From the NCBI RefSeq assembly GCF_030144855.1, contig NC_082710.1:152148001-152212000 (forward strand): a DNA stretch of 64,000 nt. Reading direction: 5' to 3'. The notes under the pieces were generated by a model. It was not told the origin of the DNA, searched no databases, and was given only the letters and a program-made list of their open reading frames with translations. Source of the stretch: Hypanus sabinus. Taxonomy: Eukaryota. Positions 56,480 through 64,000 of this stretch are shown here, piece after piece (within the stretch, counting starts at the first letter, position 1; each line of letters begins with the position of its first letter). The translations under genes and the position numbers were made by a program.

Positions 56480-59335
56480 GGTTTATGTATGGCAGACATG
56501 GACTACCCACAATTATTGAGTGCCATACTTGGACAATAAATAATAATTCATTAGTTAGGGGGACAGATAGGAGGTTCTGTGGAAGAGATCGAGAATCCCG
56601 GATGGTCTGTTGCCTCCCTGGTGCCAAGGTCCGCGATATCTCGGATCGAGTTCTCGGTAATCTCAAGCGGGAGGGTAAGCAGCCGGATGTCGTGGTCCAT
56701 GTAGGAACCAATGACGTGGGTAGGAAGAGTGAGGAGGTCCTGAAAGGTGAGTTTAGACAACTAGGTGCCAAATTAAAGTTCAGGACCTCCAGGATAGTAA
56801 TCTCAGGATTGCTACCAGTGCCACGGGAAAGTGGGTTTAGGAATAGTCAGAGAGTACAGATCAATACGTGGCTGAAGACATGGTGCAGGAGGGAAGGCTT
56901 CAGATTTATAGACAATTGGGCAGTTTTCCAGGGAAGGTGGGACCTGTTCCGGAGGGACGGTTTACATCTGAACTGGAGGTGGACAAGTATTCTTGCAGGT
57001 AGGTTTGCTAGAGAGGCTCCAGTGGATTTAAACTAGATATGAGGGGGGAGGGGAACCAGAGTATAGGAGCAGATGTATGGGAGAAGGAAGGAAAAGAAGA
57101 CAGTAAAGTTCTTTTTACTCTTAGAGATAAATGGAGAGGAAGAGGTGGAAAATTTCTTAAATATATTTATTTTAATACTAGGAGCATTGTAAGAAAGGTG
57201 GATGAGCTTTGAGCATGGATTGATATATGTAAATGCGATGCTGCAGCTATTAGTGAAACATGGTTGCAGGAGGGCTGTGATTGGCAACTAAATATTCCTG
57301 GATTTTTTTGCTTCAGGTGTGATAGAATCGGAGGGACAAGAGGGGGAGGGTTGCTTGTCAAAGAAAATATTACAGTGGTGCTCTGGCAGGATAGATTACA
57401 GGGCTAGTCTAAGCAGTCTATTTGGGTGGAATTGAGGAATGGGAAAGGAGTAGTAACACTTATAGGGGTGTATTATAATCCACCTAATGGGGAGCGAGAA
57501 TTGGAGGAGCAAATGTGCAAGGAGATAGCAGATATTTGTAGTAAGCACAGGGTTGTAATTGTGAAAGATTTTAATTTTCCACACATAGACTGGAAAGCCC
57601 ATACTGTAAAAGGGATGGATGGTACGGAGTTTGTAAAATGAGTGTAGGATAGTTTTTGCAGCAATACATAGAGGTACCAACTAGAGAAGGAATAGTGTTG
57701 GATCTTCTGTTAGGGAAAGAAATAGGTTGGTGACGGAGGTATGTGTTGGGGAGCACTTCGGGTCCAGTAATCACAATGCCATTAGTTTCAATATAATTAT
57801 GGAGAACGATAGAACTGGACTCAGGGTTGAGATTTTTGATTGGAGAAAGACTAACTTTGAGTCCATGCGAAAGGACATAGAAGGACTGGATTGGGACAAT
57901 TTGTTTTATGGGAAGGATGTAATAGAGAAATGGCGGTCATTTAAAGGTGAAATTTTGAGTGTACAGAATCTTTATGATCCTGTTAGGTTGAAAGGAAAGG
58001 TTAGAAGTTTGAGAGAGCCATGGTTTTCAAGGGGTATTGGAAACTTGGTTAGGAAAAGAGAGATATCTACAGTAAATATAGGCAGCATGGAGTAAATGAG
58101 GTGCTCGAGGAATATAAAGAATATAAGAAGAATCTTAAGAAAGAAATTAGAAAAGCTAAAAGAAGATACGAGGTTGCTTTGGCAAGTAAAGTGAAAATAA
58201 ATCCAAAGGGTTTCTACAGTTATATCAATAGCAAAAGGATAGTGAGGGATAAAATTTGTCCCTTAGAGAATCAAAGTGGACAGCTATGTGTGGAGCCGAA
58301 AGAGATGGGGGAGATTTAAAACAATTTCTTTTCTGCAGTATTTGCTAAGGAGAAGGGTATTGAATTGTGTAAGGTAAGGGAAACAAGTAGGGAAGTTATG
58401 GAAACTATGACGATTAAAGGGGAGGAAGTACTGGCGCTTTTAAGGAATATAAAAGTGGATAAATCTCCAGATCCTGCCAGGATATTCCCTCGGATCTTGA
58501 GGAAGTTTAGTGTAGAAATAGCAGGGGATCTGACAGAAATATTTCAAATGCCATTAGAAACGTGGATGGTGCTGGAGGATTGGTGTATTGCTGATGTGGT
58601 CGCTTTGTTGTAAAACGGTTCTAAGAGTAAACCTAGCAATTATAGCGATGTCAGTTTGACGTCAGTGGTGGGTAAATTAATGGAAGTATTCTTAGAGATG
58701 GTATATATAATTCTCTGGGTAGACAGGGTCTGATTCTGAACAGTCAACATGGATATGTGCGTGGAAGGTCCTGTTTGACAAATCTTATTGAATTTTTTGA
58801 AGAGGTTGCTAGGAAAGTTGCCGAGGGTAAAGCAGTGGATATTTTCTATATGGACTTCAGTAGCGCCTTTGAGAAGGTTCCACACGGAAGGCTAGTTATG
58901 AAGGTTCGTTAGGTATTAATATTTAAGCAGTAAAATTGATTCAACAGTGTCTGGATGGGAGATGCCAGAGTGTAGTAGTGGATAACTGTTTCTCAGGTTG
59001 GAGGTCGGTGACTAGTGGTGTGCCTCAGGGATCTCTACTGGGTCCAGTGTTGTTTGTCATATACATTAATGATCTGGATGATGGGGTGATAAATTGCATT
59101 AGTAAGTATGCAGATGATACTAAGGTAGGTGGCGTTGTGGATAATGAAGTAAGTTTTCAAAGTTTGCAGAGAGATTTAGGTTAGTAGGAAGAGTGGGCTG
59201 AGCGATGGCAGGTGAAGTTTAATGCTGATAAGTGAGAGGTACTACAATTTGGTAGGAATAATCTAAATAGGACATACATGGTAAATGGTAGGACATTGAA
59301 GAATGCAGTAGTACAGATTGAACTAGGAATAATGG
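56480..59335 (+). mobile_element. CR1 LINE, 5'- and 3'-incomplete (ORF1 esterase part open; ORF2 frameshifted)
   Basis: ORF 56485-57036 ends APVDLN*, followed by EN and RT fragments (GVPQGSLLGP, SKYADDTK). Confidence 0.88.
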
Positions 59336-59339
59336 TGAT

Positions 59340-59645
59340 CGAGTCCAGAGTCAATGAGGCACAAAGGACTCAACGTGACCCAGGCACCGGACCTCCCAAT
59401 CGCCTCTTTGTAGCCGATGCTGTTCGATGACAATTTCTACAGTGGGGGCACATCTCTCGTTTTGCCGGCCATCCCGGAATCGATCGTAACCTGATCCTCC
59501 CGAGGAGGCATTTCTGCTGGCCCTCCATGGACGCTGATACCTGTTCCTATGTTTCTGCATGTTCTGTCTGCGCCCCTGGGAAAGCCTCCCATCAGCCACC
59601 TTTACACCGTCCCCTATCCGGCCCCGGGCATCCCTGGTCCCACAT
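59340..59645 (+). mobile_element. Gypsy integrase zinc-binding-region fragment related to the 16769-26361 element
   Basis: Nucleotide similarity to the reverse complement of ~20900-21200. Confidence 0.7.
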
Positions 59646-59649
59646 CTCT

Positions 59650-61710
59650 TTAGGAGGATACAGCCGGGGATAACCGCAGAACAGAGATGGCTGAAGTTTC
59701 TAGGAATGGTTCATAATGGTTAATAGGGATAGGTATATCCCACAGAAGGCGAAGTTTGCAAATGGTAGGGTTGGTCAACCGTGGCTGACAAAGGAAGTTA
59801 AAGACGGCGTAAAAGCCTAGTAAGTGCATATAATTCAGCAAAGGGAGTGGGATGTAGGATGAATACGAAGCTTTTGAAATCGAACAAAGAGCAGCTGCAA
59901 AAGCAATAAGCAGGAAAAAGATGATAATATGAGGGTAACCGAGCCAAATACATCCAAAAGTACGATACCAGAAGTGTTTTCAGTTATATAAAGAGTAAAA
60001 GGTAGTTGAGAGTTGAAGTTGGGCCAGTGAAAAATGATGCTGGTGAGGTAGTCATGCGGGACAAAGAAACGGCAAATGAACGTAATGGGTACTTTGCAAC
60101 CGTTTTTCCTTGGGAAAGACACGAGCAAAGTCCCAGAAGTCCATGAGTATCAGAGACCAGCAGCGCGTGCCATTGCTATTGGAAAAGAAAAAGTGCAAGA
60201 CAAACTGAAATATCTTAAGGTTCATACATCACATGGGCCTCATGGACTACATCCCAGATACCTGAGAGAATGCTGAAGAGATAATGGATGTATTGTTCAT
60301 GATCTTTCAAGAATCAGTTGATAATGGCATGGCAATAGAGGGTGGGAAGATTGCAAATATCACTACACTCTTTAAGAAGGGTGCAAGGCAAAAGAAGGGA
60401 AATTATCGGCCAGTTAGCCAAACCTCAGTGGTTGGAAAAGTGTTGGAGACTATTACTAGAGATGAAGTTTCGAGGTTTTTCGAGACTAATGATAAAATAT
60501 GTCTAAGTTAGCATGATTTCCGTCAAGGGAAATCTTGGCTGACAAACCTGTTAGAGTGCTTCGAGGAAATAACAAGCAGTTGGGACAAAGAAAAGGCAGT
60601 TGATGTCTTTTATTTGGATTTTCAGAAGGCGTTTGATAAGCTGCAGCACATGAGGCTGCTTTACAAGAACAAATCCTGTGGCGTTATAGGAAAGATTTTG
60701 GAATGGATAGCGGAATGGCTGACAGGCGGGGGCAGAGAGTGGGAATAAAAGGGGTCAGTGCTGGTCGGTTGCCACTGACTTAGTGTTTTTCCTCGGGGGT
60801 CAATATTGGGACCGTCGTTTTCTATATTGTTTGTCAATGATTTGGATAATGGAATTCATGGTATTGTGGAAAGCTTGCGGATAATACGAAGCCAGGAGGA
60901 ATGGTAGGTTGAGCTGAGGAAGCAATGCATTTTCGGCAGGACTTAGACAAATTGGAATAATGGGCAAAAAAGTGTCAGTTGTAATACTGCGCTGGGAAAT
61001 GTATGATACTTCATTTTGATAAAAGGAACAATAGTGCTGCCTATTATCTAAATGGGGAGAATGTTCAACGTCAGATGTGCAGACGGAATTAGGAATTACT
61101 CTCCCCTCACTTAATTTACAGGTTGGGTTTGTAGTGAAGAAGGCAAATGCAATGATGGTATTTATTTGAAGTGGAACGGAATATAAAATCTGATGTATTG
61201 TTGAGCCTTTATAAGACAACAGTCAGGCCGAACTTAGAATATTGTCAACGGCTTAGGGCCCCATACCTCAGAGAGGATGCGTTGTCATTGGAGAGAGTCA
61301 AGAGGATGATTCCGGGAATTAAGCGGTTAACATTGTATGAGATCTCATTGAATCCTAGAATGTTGAAAAGACTGGATAGGGTGGGGGGTGGAAAGGAAGT
61401 TTCATTTGGAGGAGGTATACAGAAATAAACGGCACAGCCTTAAAATTGAGGGGCGACCCTTTAGAACAGAGGGAAGAATAATTTTGTTTTAACCAAAGAG
61501 TAGTAAGTCTGTGGAATGCTCTGACACATACTGCGGTGGAGGTCAAGTCCGTGGGTGTATTTAAGTGGGAGGTTGATCTTTTTCTGGTTTGTCAGAGCGT
61601 CAAAGGATACGGCGAGACCGCATGGGCACGGGTTGAGTGGGTTCCGGGACAGACTCCATGGGGAGAATAGTCTAATTCCTCTCTTATAGCTTATGGTCTT
61701 AAGGTCTAAG
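59650..61710 (+). mobile_element. CR1 ORF2 remnant, heavily mutated or error-rich
   Basis: FQESVDNG..KKGNYRPVSQTSVVGK and RPNLEYC fragments, ending in a 3' tail. Confidence 0.8.
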
Positions 61711-63589
61711 TGTTGAACTAAATATCCCATCAACGCTGTCAGTGTCTCTGCTTCCATAAACCATTGTATGATTTTCTTCTGTAGATTTCAGCAGCCCATT
61801 ATGTTGAAGAAAAACCTCGCTGAAAGGCATTGATCGTGCTGGTAGTCAAAAGGCCTTTCAGGGCGGAAATGGTTATCACGAGAGGGCACAGTTTTACAGT
61901 GCTTGGAAATAGGTAAAGAGGAGATGTTAGGGGTAGGAGAGTGGTGAGTGCGTGGAATGGGCTGCCGGCGACTGTGGTGGAGACGGATATGATAGGGTCT
62001 AATGCAAGTACATGTTCGACATAGCATTGTGGGCCGAAGATCCTGTACTGTCCTGTAGATTTTCTATGATTCTATGTTTCGAAGTCCCAAATCAGCTGTG
62101 CATATTTATTACAACGATCTCTCACCTAAGCCTCCTTTGTTAAATCATAAGCATCAAACACCACCACACCACCCCTTCCATCCCACTGCACCATGCACTT
62201 TGAGATCGCCCTCAGATTGACCGTCTTCTCTGTAAGCAAAAGACATGTATCTGGACTTCTATTTTTGGTTATACCTCTTCTTCACCATCCTCAGTATAGT
62301 TACGTTATCCCAATAGTCTGCTGACAATATATACACAAAGTGCTCCAGATATGATTTAACTAATGTATTATATGCTTCTATCATGATCGTGCTGTCCTAA
62401 TACAATTGCTCTCGCTAAAGACGCATTTATCTGATATAGAGGCTTCACTCATCTCTGTCTCTACGAGCAATCACGGAGGATTTCAATCTTAACCATTTCT
62501 TAATTACAAACTACTTCGAAAACAAAAACCAACTCTTAAGCATACAAAACACAAATCATTTCTTAACCGTAACATATCAGGCGCCAAGAACAAAAGATTT
62601 CCAAAACATCCGCAAAATTCCTATAAACGATATCGACGTGCCAAGAAATTGCAGACAAATTAGTCTTCCTTTGCAGGGGGAAGGAGAATGAATGGATAGT
62701 CGTTTACCCCGTGTATCGCCCGTGTTTCTGGATGTTCCTTATCCCATTCCTAATAAATCTAAATTGCTGTCAACATTTATACAGTTTCTCTCCCACAGGT
62801 GATTTTAACAGATATGTAATATTTCTTCAAATATCCTTTGAACAAAGACGGTCTAAAACAAACCTGGGGGCATGTTTGGCATCCCTCTGACACGAAGGAA
62901 AATGACTGATGATGGTCCATCACAAGCCTGGGAGTAAGGTATGGAGATCCTGAGATGCCCGATCGTCCAGGTTCCCTTCGCAGCCTCACATGCTAAGTCC
63001 AAATGAAAGCTTATGAAATAATACACTCGGCCTCAGCTTGGCTGTACGAGCTGCCGAAATAATGTACAATGACGTGCAGCCGCCTTAGTGACGCCACTTC
63101 TGGGTTTCCACTGGTAGGCTTCGTCTCTTTCACAAAGCATAGCTGAGCATGTGGGAGACATAGACTTCAGCTTAAAGACTTCAGTTCAGAGTTAATGTTG
63201 TAAAGCTAATTTAATTGATAACATAAATATTTCGAACCAAGAACGCACCAGTTATTGATAAGGTGTTTTATGTTATCCATCTGTTCTGCAAATTTCCTTG
63301 AACTAAGCAGCTAAGAGTCAGATTCTGTTTGAAGCAATCACTTTTAACAACTCTACATTTTACTTCCGAGCAATAATAAAGCAATAACTAGCATCTGCTC
63401 ACAGACAGAACGCCCATATATATACAAAGCTTGTGTGCAAAACGTTTCTAAACAGAGTGCCTTTTAAGATCAAGCTGATTGCTGCTTTTCATTTACATTT
63501 TGAATACTTAAGAACGGCTGCCATTTACCATCAGAATTCAAATAACCGTTACCGTTAATAAAATAGACGTTCATATAAACTTACTTATA

Positions 63590-64000
63590 ACCATACAAGA
63601 ATTACAGCAGGGAAATTTTACTTTAAATGACAATACCGAACTTGCCCCTACCACTTCTACTGGAAGCTCGTTGCACACAGCTACCACTCTCTGAGTAAAG
63701 AATTTCCCTCTCGTGTTACCCCTAAACTTTTGCCCAATAACTCTCAACTCATGTCTTCTAGTTTGAATCTCCCCTATTTTCATTGGAAAAAGCCTATCCA
63801 CGTCAACTCTACCTATCCCCCTCATAATTTTCAACACCTCTATCAAGTCCCCCCTTAACCTTCCACACTCCAAAGACTAAATACCTAACTTGTTCAACCT
63901 TTTTCTGGAACTTAGGTGCTGAAATCCAGGTAACATTCTAATAAGTCTTCTCTGTACTCTCTCTATTTTGTTGACATATTTCCTATAATTCAGTGACCAG
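63590..64000 (-). mobile_element. CR1 3' fragment
   Basis: [23 protein letters not shown]. Confidence 0.8.

Noticed and set aside
63080-63115. Resemblance to an MHC SXY promoter module
   Set aside because: The Y box is ACTGG rather than ATTGG, the spacing is off, and the orientation is opposite to the class I gene.
1-64000. CRISPR arrays, rRNA or prokaryotic operons
   Set aside because: No regularly spaced repeat-spacer array or rRNA-like sequence was seen; the DNA is vertebrate and intron- and TE-rich.

Overview
Repeat-dense vertebrate genomic DNA, not prokaryotic; the repeat families and class I exons suggest a cartilaginous fish, probably a ray (inference). The only host gene I can support is a non-classical MHC class I-like gene on the minus strand. 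Its alpha1 exon (14507-14767) and alpha2 exon (9767-10042) are intact with canonical phase-1 splice sites, and a candidate leader exon lies at 53420-53471. No alpha3, TM or cytoplasmic exon is visible in the window. Most of the rest is transposable elements: many CR1 LINEs (one full-length with a target-site duplication, TSD), Penelope-like elements, Rex1/Babar fragments, V-SINE-like SINEs, a Tc1 remnant, a solo LTR, and a sushi/chromovirus-type Gypsy element that carries a nested hAT transposon and a nested L1 fragment. Four less obvious signals stand out: (1) a U_UUA_AAC slippery heptamer in phase just before the CR1 ORF1 stop, suggesting -1 ribosomal frameshifting; (2) decayed hammerhead-ribozyme motifs in the Penelope terminal repeats, including a fold-back unit with a 12-bp TSD; (3) a Tf1-style self-priming signature in the Gypsy LTR; (4) loss of several peptide-anchoring residues in the class I groove. 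Repeat boundaries are approximate unless a TSD or TIR is cited. All alignments were done by eye.
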